Shown here in pieces: positions 27,631 through 35,606 of a stretch of 64,000 nt of DNA. Position numbers and translations under genes: made by a program. Numbering within the stretch: the first letter of the stretch is position 1; the number at the start of each line of letters is the position of its first letter. The notes beneath the pieces were generated by a model that saw nothing but the letters and a program-made list of their open reading frames with translations, was not told where the DNA came from and did not search any database. This DNA comes from a virus (lineage: Duplodnaviria; Heunggongvirae; Uroviricota; Caudoviricetes): IMG/VR virus record IMGVR_UViG_3300027861_000012, positions 32,380-96,379 of that record. One strand, 5' to 3'.

Positions 27631-27821
27631 GATGTGTCCGGGCTCCCGTCAAACATCAAGACCGTGACCATAACCTCAAGCAACTTCTCGTTTCCTGGCA
27701 ACTCGGTCCATCGCACCCGCTCGGTTCCGCCATATTGCTCAACAAACTCTTTGAAGAACTCCCACTTGAGTGGGTCAGGATCAATACACGTAACCACAGG
27801 GGCACTCCTTCTTACGAACAT
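27522..27821 (-). CDS. hypothetical protein (C-terminal 35 aa overlap the next gene in another frame)
   Basis: 99-aa ORF. The first ~60 aa look protein-like. The tail is low-complexity. Confidence 0.35.
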   Translation of the reverse strand: MFVRRSAPVVTCIDPDPLKWEFFKEFVEQYGGTERVRWTELPGNEKLLEVMVTVLMFDGSPDTSCSGSIPILRRVFPPWSTLGNGVSNKSRIPSSDWPL

Positions 27822-28146
27822 GGACCTTTACGCCACATTCTGGACAGGTCTTCTGTGGAGATGCGCGTTTCTTCTTCTTCTTTGTCGTTTTCGGTTTCTT
27901 CTTGGCTGTCTTCTTCTTTGTCTTTTTGCGACCAACGGTGGCGCGCTTGGCTTCCATCGGCTCGCCGTGTTCCAGGAAGTAGGTCAGATTGTTACAAACC
28001 TTCGCAACATCGGGATACTTCTTGAGCAACTTGCGCAGGAGATCACATTCCCCGGTCTCTTCCAACAGGTAGGACCCGTCTTCGACAAACACGTCTGCCA
28101 TGTAAAGCAGAACCGTGATCTCGCTGTCAGTCAGATTCATTCCCAT
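27781..28146 (-). CDS. lysine-rich protein with C-terminal zinc ribbon (possible nucleic-acid-binding)
   Basis: KKTKKKTAKKKPKTTKKKKKR tract followed by CPECG...CPCG. 121 aa. Confidence 0.45.
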   Translation of the reverse strand: MGMNLTDSEITVLLYMADVFVEDGSYLLEETGECDLLRKLLKKYPDVAKVCNNLTYFLEHGEPMEAKRATVGRKKTKKKTAKKKPKTTKKKKKRASPQKTCPECGVKVHVRKKECPCGYVY

Positions 28147-28262
28147 CAGAGTCTCCGATTATACGATCTGCAATAGACAATAAGTCATTCCAAGCCTGGT
28201 CTGAATACTGAACAACTTTCATCCATGGCCCCTGGGAACCATTTCGCACCACGTCCACTCCA

Positions 28263-28445
28263 TCAGCATCTTTTCCCGTCCAAGTCGGTTGTTCTTTCGG
28301 TAAATTCTGTGCCACGCTGCCCAAGCTTCTCCGCAGTATCATTGAACCGTTCAGCCAGGTCGATAAGCTGCCCTGCAAGCTCGCGGGCCGTGGTCTCAAT
28401 CTCCTGGAGTCGTTCTTCCAGTAGCTCTTCAGTGTAATTGCTCAT
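28263..28445 (-). CDS. hypothetical coiled-coil protein
   Basis: 60-aa ORF. Overlaps the alternative ORF 28127-28399 in another frame. Confidence 0.3.
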   Translation of the reverse strand: MSNYTEELLEERLQEIETTARELAGQLIDLAERFNDTAEKLGQRGTEFTERTTDLDGKRC

Positions 28446-28536
28446 CAGATCGCTCCTAAAAAGGTGAGAACGTACAGGACTACATAGGTGCCAAAGACGG
28501 ACCCAAGGAAGATCGTCACCGATTGGGTCTCATCAG

Positions 28537-28806
28537 TCATTTATCGGACCTCACAGGAAGTAGCTTCCAGTACCCGATCACAACGATGCAGATGATATTC
28601 ATGACATAATTGACCATCATCCAGTCAACAAACCCGAACTTCATCAGCACACTGGCAATGTAACACACCTCTCCGAGCAACCACATGACCAGATAGGGGC
28701 TGCTCAGTCCGTCTGCATTCTTGTCCTGGTAGCACTTGTATGCTTGCGGGACGGCACAGAATGCAAAGAACAGCGATCCAATCCAACCTATGGTGTCCGG
28801 TGTCAT
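28537..28806 (-). CDS. PQ-loop (SemiSWEET-like) small membrane protein
   Basis: 89 aa with 3 predicted TM helices and the PQ motif CAVPQAYKCYQDKNADGLS in the first loop. Confidence 0.5.
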   Translation of the reverse strand: MTPDTIGWIGSLFFAFCAVPQAYKCYQDKNADGLSSPYLVMWLLGEVCYIASVLMKFGFVDWMMVNYVMNIICIVVIGYWKLLPVRSDK

Positions 28807-29211
28807 GCCACTTCCGATCTCACGGCAACATCATCGTAGTTGAAAACGTAACCGAACCACATCTGCCAGACAGCAAACCGCTCAACATTGGCATCCATGG
28901 ACCCAGCATGATAGCGGCTGCGGTACGTGAGCGGCAGCAATTACTTCAAACGCCATTTGATTGCCTGCCAACTCCACTGGCTGGGCCATCCGCGTGACAG
29001 ATTGTAATAAAGGTAGCGATTCAATTTCATCTTCGTTCTCCTTGTTACTGGTGTTTCGGTCCAGGGTGGTCTCACTCCCGAAGGAATCCCCACTCACGTC
29101 GCCTGGGACAACGCCGCTTAACCGTTGGCGTTTGGCACGGACTGGCTCTGGCGGTGTGTTACGAGTCCCGCACTCACCGTTCCCGTACTAGGGACGCCCT
29201 GCGGTAGGGTC

Positions 29212-29691
29212 TTACTTCCGCTGTACCTCCACAATTCGTGCTTGTAGTACCTCGTTGACTCGTGCCTTCAGGAATTCCATAACGCTTGGTGCCACCACCG
29301 TGAACTCGTCAATCGCGGTGTCGAGCAGCATATCATCTGGACCCTCAACCTCATCATCGGTATTCAAGGCCAGGATAAGGAATGTCTCTGGGCCATCCAC
29401 GCAGGTGACTACCCAGTAATCGTCATCCCAAAGCACTACGTTCCCGCGTTGTGCCTTTTCCTCACCGGTGGGGAAATAGATCACATCATAGCCACTTTGG
29501 TCGAATTGAATCTCGGTAGGTGGGGCCATTGGTTTCCCAAGCGGTTTTTGCTCCTGTGGCAGTTCAGGATCGATGTCGTTCTCGACCCCGGCCACGTCTT
29601 CGACAGCTTGCACCATGTCACAGAAACCAAGGTCTCCGGTATCGTTCCGATGCAAAATATCCCAAACCTCAATCAATTGTGTGAGTTTCAC
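29212..29691 (-). CDS. hypothetical acidic protein
   Basis: 159-aa ORF. Confidence 0.45.
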   Translation of the reverse strand: MKLTQLIEVWDILHRNDTGDLGFCDMVQAVEDVAGVENDIDPELPQEQKPLGKPMAPPTEIQFDQSGYDVIYFPTGEEKAQRGNVVLWDDDYWVVTCVDGPETFLILALNTDDEVEGPDDMLLDTAIDEFTVVAPSVMEFLKARVNEVLQARIVEVQRK

Positions 29692-29700
29692 GGCGTCTCC

Positions 29701-30096
29701 TTAGCGAGTGATTTCGATGATGGTACTGACGGGTGATACTAGCGTCTGCCCCTGGGCCAGTTTCACACCTTCCTCATCCCAGCCGTCCGCACGGGTCGGC
29801 GCGATAATAAGGGCATCAACTGGAAGCGACTTCAGGCTGCTATGGCAGTCCGACGACCGAACAAAGATGTGACTATTGTCAACATGTAGATCGAGTGTGG
29901 CACAATACTCAACCCACTGACGGGTTGGTAGGAGCACCATGATGCATTGTGTCCCGCTTTCTTGCTCGGCATACGCATGTGCTATGGCCCGTCGAATTGT
30001 TGCCTCGACACAAGCAACCCCCAACGCTGACTCAATGTTGAACTGCATACTCAATCTCCCATGTTCCAATGTGTTACAGAAAGAACCAATTGCCAC
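29701..30096 (-). CDS. hypothetical protein
   Basis: 131-aa ORF. Confidence 0.45.
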   Translation of the reverse strand: MAIGSFCNTLEHGRLSMQFNIESALGVACVEATIRRAIAHAYAEQESGTQCIMVLLPTRQWVEYCATLDLHVDNSHIFVRSSDCHSSLKSLPVDALIIAPTRADGWDEEGVKLAQGQTLVSPVSTIIEITR

Positions 30097-30745
30097 CCTT
30101 CTGGGTCCCCTTTACCTGAGTGTGAAACGCCTCATCGTCACAACGACTTTCGCACAGTCAGTTAAGGTCAAGGCACACCTACCCAAAATTCCCTTGATCA
30201 GCCCAACCGGCGTCCCGGCAGGCGAGTGGACTTGGTTCTCTCATCTCCTTTGTATTGGGAGTCGTACCAGATCGGATGAACCGCTGTATTTGCCAGAGAC
30301 AAATACTGGGTGAGGCCAGATCCTTCTCTCCCGCCTTGGGGCAATTCCATTTGAGACCAGAACGCAACACACGCCCCCGTGGTATTCGACTCTGACTTCG
30401 TAAAAGTCCGTGTTACCACACTGCCGTATGTGTCTTTCTATCGACTGGACAGCAGGTTTCCAGAAGAGTTCGTCAATATATGCATGTGGGGTCGTTCGGT
30501 GATCGAAAGCCGTAGACACGGTATGGGGTTTTGGGTTTGGCCTATCCAGCTTCTTGAACCCATTAGCAAGCCACCGGGCTTACAACTCGGCTTCCTTCGC
30601 ATCCATGTCAATTTGCCAGCACTCGCGTAGCCTACGGGGCTTAACTGGTCTGCTGGGCTTTGCCAACACGGATGTCGGAAACACCAGCGTTGCACCTACA
30701 ACACTCAGAAAGTTACGTCGTCTCACGATCATCTCCTATGTAAGG

Positions 30746-30840
30746 TGGCAACACTGGTCGGACTCGAACCACACGCACCCGGTTCCTCACAGTCCACAGA
30801 CCATCTAACCGGCGCTCTACCAACTGAGCTACAGTGTGCC
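30746..30840 (-). tRNA. tRNA-like gene with encoded CCA and an oversized anticodon arm (possible intron or pseudo-tRNA)
   Basis: Sense GGCACACTG-TA-GCTC-AGTTGGTA-GAGC-G-CCGGTT[22 nt]AACCGG...GG-TTCGAGT-CC..CAGTGTT-G-CCA. D-arm canonical. T-stem imperfect. Confidence 0.4.
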
Positions 30841-31317
30841 ATATTCTTTCTCCCACGCTTCATCTTCTGCTTTCATTCGTTCCAAAAGCGTGTCCATTTG
30901 ATTCCTTCTGTGCCAATCAATCACGATAAGGTCCGTCAGATCGTGGATGTACTGTTCTCGTTCCGCCTCCATGGCCACCAGCGATTCCTGCTCGGTCTTA
31001 ACGACTTCGGAGGGTGCTCGGTCCACAAAGTTCTTGTTCTCCAGCTTCTTACGCTTGCCTGGGATGTGTTTGTCGAGTTTCTGAACCTGCGTGATCTTGG
31101 CTCTGGCCGTGGTTTCCAATACCGCTATGTTCGTCAGATAGACGATAACGGTGTCCCCGCTTGGGGTGACTTCCGTATCTACGAGTACCGGAAGGTGTGT
31201 CACGCATAATGGTTTCTCGACTCCCCGCAGTAGGATCGCTTCACGACGTGTCTCAAAGCTCAAGGTATTCGTCAGATCGACACCATCTATGACGAATATG
31301 GACTCTTCAGTATTCAT
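30829..31317 (-). CDS. hypothetical protein
   Basis: Start moved to MNTEESIF so it does not overlap the tRNA-like element. The C-terminus KKLENKNFVDRAPSEVV resembles the C-terminal coiled-coil motif of ValRS-type proteins. Confidence 0.4.
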   Translation of the reverse strand: MNTEESIFVIDGVDLTNTLSFETRREAILLRGVEKPLCVTHLPVLVDTEVTPSGDTVIVYLTNIAVLETTARAKITQVQKLDKHIPGKRKKLENKNFVDRAPSEVVKTEQESLVAMEAEREQYIHDLTDLIVIDWHRRNQMDTLLERMKAEDEAWEKEYGTL

Positions 31318-31322
31318 AAACA

Positions 31323-31386
31323 AGGTACCTATGGGAATCGGACCCACGTCGCCCTTCACGGGACTCTACCATTGAGCTATAGTACC
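31323..31386 (-). ncRNA. anticodon-arm-less tRNA-like element (acceptor + D-arm + T-arm; only 15 nt between D- and T-arms)
   Basis: Sense GGTACTA-TA-GCTC-AATGGTA-GAGT-CCCGTGAAGGGCGAC-GTGGG-TCCGATT-CCCAT-AGGTACC-T. It lies 4 nt downstream of tRNA-Met. Confidence 0.4.
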
Positions 31387-31390
31387 TAAG

Positions 31391-31465
31391 TAGCGGGTCA
31401 GGGATTTGAACCCCAGACCCCCAGATTATGAGTCTGGCGAGCTAACCGGACTGCTCCAACCCGCA
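31391..31465 (-). tRNA. tRNA-Met/Ile2-type (anticodon CAT), elongator-like
   Basis: D-arm GAGC..GCTC, anticodon stem CCAGA/TCTGG with loop CTCATAA, T-loop TTCAAAT, acceptor GCGGGT/ACCCGC. There are no three consecutive G-C pairs at the base of the anticodon stem, so it is not an initiator. Confidence 0.65.
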
Positions 31466-31517
31466 CCATTTCGGGAGGGCCCTGGATGCACAGGACCCTC
31501 CCGTCCGCGACAGCCTG

Positions 31518-32453
31518 TTACTTCCCTATGTCATCTCCGAGATGAAGCAAGGGCAACGGATTCGTTGAGTTTCCATCCATGAAATACATCTTGGACGCCG
31601 GGTCCTTGGAGATCGCTTGCAGAGCCTCCAGAGCCTGCAACTTGATGTACGCCGGATTCCCAGCAATAGCCTTGTTGATCGCTTGAATGGCATAAGCATC
31701 GGCGTCAGCAAGCACCTTGATCTGCTCGGCACGCTCCTCCGCAGCCGCGCGTTCGGCTTGAGCTTGGGCCTTCTTCTGTTCCTGCTCGGTCTTGAATCGA
31801 GCAAGCTCGGCCTTCTCTTCCTCGCCCTGCTGTTCGCGGACCTTCTTGTTCTTGATCGCGTCCAGAATATGACCCGGCAGCACGATATTGCGTAGCAACA
31901 CTGCCTTCACGGTTGCATACTTGCCAACCTTGATCTGAAGCTGTGACGTGAGATCGGCTTGCATTGTCTCTTGGATGTTGTCCAGGAACAAATCTTCGCA
32001 TCGACTGACCGATTTACCCACGGATCGAACCAATGATCGCAGATTCGGTACCAACTTCACTTCTCGAACGGCATCACCGTTGCCCACATCACTGCGGGCC
32101 GCCGGACACGAGGCATCGGTAAGCTCGAAGATCACTGTCAAATCGATTTTGGAGGTTTGTTGGTCTGCCGTTGGTACCGGAACACCGCTGAGATCAAGTT
32201 TTTGCTCTCTGACATTGTACGCGGTCCAATTGTAGAACGGATTCACCGGAAAGTGCAGCCCCTCGGAATAGGACTCTTCTTGCACGTTACCGAATAGGGT
32301 GGCAACCCCGACCTCACCGGCATCGACGACCTTGTAGCTCATCACAGCAAAGATGAGTACCGTCAGTACAGCAATACCAGACAACACGATGGTAGCGACC
32401 TTCTTTACAGAAGGACCGCTCTGCTTGGTGTACGTCATTGCGTACCTCCTCAA
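31518..32453 (-). CDS. SPFH/band-7 (prohibitin/HflC-like) membrane protein
   Basis: N-terminal TM helix, SPFH core, and a C-terminal Ala/Glu/Gln-rich coiled coil (EQQGEEEKAELARFKTEQEQKKAQAQAERAAAEERAEQ). Confidence 0.75.
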   Translation of the reverse strand: MRRYAMTYTKQSGPSVKKVATIVLSGIAVLTVLIFAVMSYKVVDAGEVGVATLFGNVQEESYSEGLHFPVNPFYNWTAYNVREQKLDLSGVPVPTADQQTSKIDLTVIFELTDASCPAARSDVGNGDAVREVKLVPNLRSLVRSVGKSVSRCEDLFLDNIQETMQADLTSQLQIKVGKYATVKAVLLRNIVLPGHILDAIKNKKVREQQGEEEKAELARFKTEQEQKKAQAQAERAAAEERAEQIKVLADADAYAIQAINKAIAGNPAYIKLQALEALQAISKDPASKMYFMDGNSTNPLPLLHLGDDIGK

Positions 32454-32520
32454 GTAAGAGTAGAAAAGTGGTAAACTCCTTCAAATATACCACGTTTCAT
32501 TTCAATTTCAAGCCAAATCC

Positions 32521-33072
32521 TTACGGATACCAGATTTTTCCGTCGAACAGATTCTCAACGCCCCCGATATTCCCGTCAAACAGGACATAGCTCACTCCAG
32601 CCGCATCAAAGATGCGGAGCCCGATCTCGATTTCTTCTTTCCATCGCTTCGGTGTCTGCTCGATAGCCTGATAATGGGCCACCACATGATCAATCCCACT
32701 CAGGACAATGGCTCTGGCGCAGTCTGAACAGGCAGCCCACGGAGCAAACATAACACTCCCATCAAGGGCCACCCCACATCTGGCGGCAGTGTACACGGCA
32801 TCTCGCTCGGCGTGCTCTATGAGTTTGTACTTGTAGGGTCGCTCAAGGTTGGCCTTATCGAAGCACAGGCTTCTGGCTGGCATGTGATTCACGCCAGAAA
32901 CCAGTACCTCACCTTTACGGACAACAACAGCACCAACTTCAGTGCTGGGGTCGTCGCTCTTCTTATGTGCAAGATTGTATGCGAGTCGTAGAAACTCGGT
33001 GGCATCAGGAATTCCAGTCTGTACCGGAATATGCCAATCGCCGAGTTCAAAATTGCCGATTGTTCTCAACAT
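32521..33072 (-). CDS. dCMP/cytidine deaminase-family zinc deaminase
   Basis: HAERDAV...APWAACSDCARAI matches the H(A/C)E...PCxxC zinc-binding signature. 183 aa. Confidence 0.75.
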   Translation of the reverse strand: MLRTIGNFELGDWHIPVQTGIPDATEFLRLAYNLAHKKSDDPSTEVGAVVVRKGEVLVSGVNHMPARSLCFDKANLERPYKYKLIEHAERDAVYTAARCGVALDGSVMFAPWAACSDCARAIVLSGIDHVVAHYQAIEQTPKRWKEEIEIGLRIFDAAGVSYVLFDGNIGGVENLFDGKIWYP

Positions 33073-33138
33073 GTAAATACCTGTGCTTGAAAAAGAAGAC
33101 CAGAGTCACCGCCATGATGACTCTGGTCCGATCCATTC

Positions 33139-33873
33139 TCACACTGCGCGACCGCCGGTAGCATCCTCAGCTACTTCGGTGCCACCTTCGTCCTTGGGAT
33201 CAAGGAACTTCTTGACCTGCGCCACCAGTTGCTCTTGGGGGAGACCGACATCAATCGGTGTCGAGCAGGGGACGGCGACCGGAACGTGCCAGGAGAATTT
33301 CTTCTGGATGTACCGGACTTTCAAGGTCATGGGGGACATGGGACGCGGTTCAACAATACGGCCTAGCTCAGCCTGTTGGGCTGCTTGTTCCTTCGTAACG
33401 GCCATGAAGTTCAGAATCGTCTTTGATTCTGTTTGCGCCGACTTTGAGCCACAGAAGAACTCAAAGAGGGTATTGGATGCCGCCTCATAGATAAGGAACG
33501 ACAGACCACACTGGCAAGATGTATTCTTGCCTTCAGCATCCGCACGAATCCGTTCAAACTCGGCCTCACCGGGGACGTACCGCGAGATGATGTTATCTCG
33601 ATCCGACATGTCCAGTGCTTTCGCACGCACGGCCAGTACCAGAACATCGATTTCCGTACCATGATCGGCAACTTCCTTACCGCTGATCACTCCGTAATGA
33701 CCAGGTGCGATCTTTCCTTGGTCAATGTACGTGCCCTTGGTGAAAAGTTGCATTCGGGGCAGGTACGAGTTCACCGACGCAAAGGACTCGATAACATCCA
33801 GTCCAAGGTTGGTGCTTGCGGGGAGAAGATCCCCAAGGTTGGCCACAGTGGCCAGGGCTTGCTCATCGCTCAT
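33139..33873 (-). CDS. hypothetical protein
   Basis: 244-aa ORF. No recognisable motif. Confidence 0.5.
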   Translation of the reverse strand: MSDEQALATVANLGDLLPASTNLGLDVIESFASVNSYLPRMQLFTKGTYIDQGKIAPGHYGVISGKEVADHGTEIDVLVLAVRAKALDMSDRDNIISRYVPGEAEFERIRADAEGKNTSCQCGLSFLIYEAASNTLFEFFCGSKSAQTESKTILNFMAVTKEQAAQQAELGRIVEPRPMSPMTLKVRYIQKKFSWHVPVAVPCSTPIDVGLPQEQLVAQVKKFLDPKDEGGTEVAEDATGGRAV

Positions 33874-33966
33874 AGCAAATACCTCACTAAAAAGAGGGTC
33901 AGAGGGTTACTCGGATCACATTGTATGATCCACAACCTCTATGGTAATATGACCGGATGGTGTTTG

Positions 33967-34911
33967 TCAAGTGTCATAATCGGATTTCTTCTTTTTTCTT
34001 TCAGCGATGAGTGCGGCTCGGCGAGCTTGGAGGCGGTCTTGAATACGTTGCTCCTGGTTCTGATGGTATTTGTGTAAAAGGGCCACCGAATCGGGGTCCA
34101 TGTGCAGAACCCAACTAAGAGCCATACGCCACCCGTCAATAGGGGTACGACATTTCGCTTGAGGCATCACCCGAGTTGCTGCTTCCATACTAAGCCGCTC
34201 GGCCTCGATCTCTTTCAACGGACGCAGGTGGGGGTATGGTGTGTACCGCGTGGAATAGAAAACTTCCATTTTCCCCTGACGCACGGCATCATTGAAGGCT
34301 TTGATGCGCTCCTTTGCCATGGCTGCGAATTCTGAGATAGACATGGTTTCTGCCTGTTCCGCATAATCACGCTGAAACGATGAATGCATCTTGGACAGCC
34401 AATACGCATTACTTGCTCCAATCTCTCCGCGTTCGACTTTTTTCTGGAGCGGCACAGACAGGTTCAATAGCCCAAGTGTGTTTTTCACCCACACAGAGGA
34501 CTTGTGAATCATACACGCTAGGTCTACCAATCGAAGACTTGTGTCGAATTCCATAATCTTGAGAAGCTGACGGGCATACTCAATCTGGGTGGTTTCTGGG
34601 CGAATTGCGTTGGCTTGAATTTGAAGCGACAATAGAAGACGGTCAGAGATGTCTTTGACGATACACGGAGCCCGGGGGATATCAAGATCACGGCAGCAAT
34701 TCAACCGGTACAAACCATCGACGACTTCATACATGTCTGGACCACGTTGTGGGGCGGGTCGCACACACAAGCTATTGATGAATCCATGTTCCTTTAGCGA
34801 GTCACGCAGTTCCAAATACTCAACAATCTGACGATTCACCACACGGAGTACCATCGGTGGCTCGTGTATTTTTTCTATCGGTATAACCTGTACGACTGGA
34901 ATATCCGGCAT
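33967..34911 (-). CDS. ParB/Srx-like N-terminal domain protein (partition or nuclease-like)
   Basis: N-terminal VVQVIPIEKIHEPPM...VRPAP...YEVVDGLYRLNCCRDL resembles the ParB N-terminal domain. It is divergent from the iteron region. Confidence 0.55.
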   Translation of the reverse strand: MPDIPVVQVIPIEKIHEPPMVLRVVNRQIVEYLELRDSLKEHGFINSLCVRPAPQRGPDMYEVVDGLYRLNCCRDLDIPRAPCIVKDISDRLLLSLQIQANAIRPETTQIEYARQLLKIMEFDTSLRLVDLACMIHKSSVWVKNTLGLLNLSVPLQKKVERGEIGASNAYWLSKMHSSFQRDYAEQAETMSISEFAAMAKERIKAFNDAVRQGKMEVFYSTRYTPYPHLRPLKEIEAERLSMEAATRVMPQAKCRTPIDGWRMALSWVLHMDPDSVALLHKYHQNQEQRIQDRLQARRAALIAERKKKKSDYDT

Positions 34912-34928
34912 AGTTTACCTATCTTACC

Positions 34929-35413
34929 TGGTGACTTTTGGTAGTGAAAAGTCACCTGAGATTGGTGAAAAGTCACCTCAGTCTCGAATCTCAATGCTGG
35001 TGACTTTCAAAACCTGCAAAATGTGATACATCTTATTATACGGTAGATGTTGCCGTGATCTTCGACAAAACCCGAAAGTTTCTCAGAATTCTCAAAATAG
35101 TGCCGGACTTTTGTCAGCCAGGTGACTTTTGGTAGTGAAAAGTCACCTGGGATTTTCGAGGTGGGGTGACTTTTCACTACCAAAAGTCACCTCACTAATC
35201 GACGTAAGTTCTTTTCAGTATGTGGTTTATGAAAATGGGGTTCAAAAGACACAGGGTTTTAGCTGTTTTCGGTCCATCAAGAGAAACAACAAAAGTTTGA
35301 AATCATAAAGCAACCTCCCTTACCCTGGGGTAAATATCAAACCATTTCGCACCACTTGTATCTTTTGCCCCAAAGTCACCTCACTCGGATATTTGAAGTG
35401 AGGTGACTTTCAA
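34929..35413. repeat. iteron-rich intergenic region: putative origin of replication and/or partition site
   Basis: At least 10 copies of GGTGACTTT/AAAGTCACC in both orientations. These include 27-bp palindromes at 34930-34956 and 35121-35147 (GGTGACTTTTGGTAGTGAAAAGTCACC), its mirror at 35165-35191, and an 11-bp-stem hairpin at 35375-35407. The region lies at the divergent strand switch between the ParB-like and primase-helicase genes and includes an AT-rich stretch at 35025-35100. Confidence 0.7.
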
Positions 35414-35465
35414 CCGGCCGCCACCACACAGTTTGACCATTGCAGCTTTCTTAACACAAAGCCTC

Positions 35466-35492
35466 TTGACACAGGGGGTTCGGGCGTATTAT
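35466..35492 (+). promoter_or_regulatory. candidate sigma70-like promoter for the replication operon
   Basis: TTGACA at 35466-35471, 15-nt spacer, TATTAT at 35487-35492. GGAGG at 35591 lies upstream of the ATG at 35607. Confidence 0.3.
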
Positions 35493-35606
35493 GATGGAAT
35501 GATCGCGGCTTCCTTATTCGGATTTTCGGCAAATTCAGACTTTCGTCAAAGATTCGCCGATCAAGTACCGTATTGTAGGGTAGAGCCAAATGGAGGACAA
35601 CACTGT

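Noticed and set aside
29098-29211. 115-nt ORF-free GC-rich stretch with short hairpins (ggcgtttggcacgg...)
   Set aside because: It could be a small RNA or a terminator. No convincing stem plus U-tract or conserved motif was found, so it is left unannotated.
35403-35606. N-terminal 68-aa extension of the primase-helicase ORF given by the ORF track
   Set aside because: The extension lies inside the iteron and hairpin cluster and lacks an RBS. The downstream ATG at 35607 has GGAGG at the proper spacing and a candidate promoter upstream.
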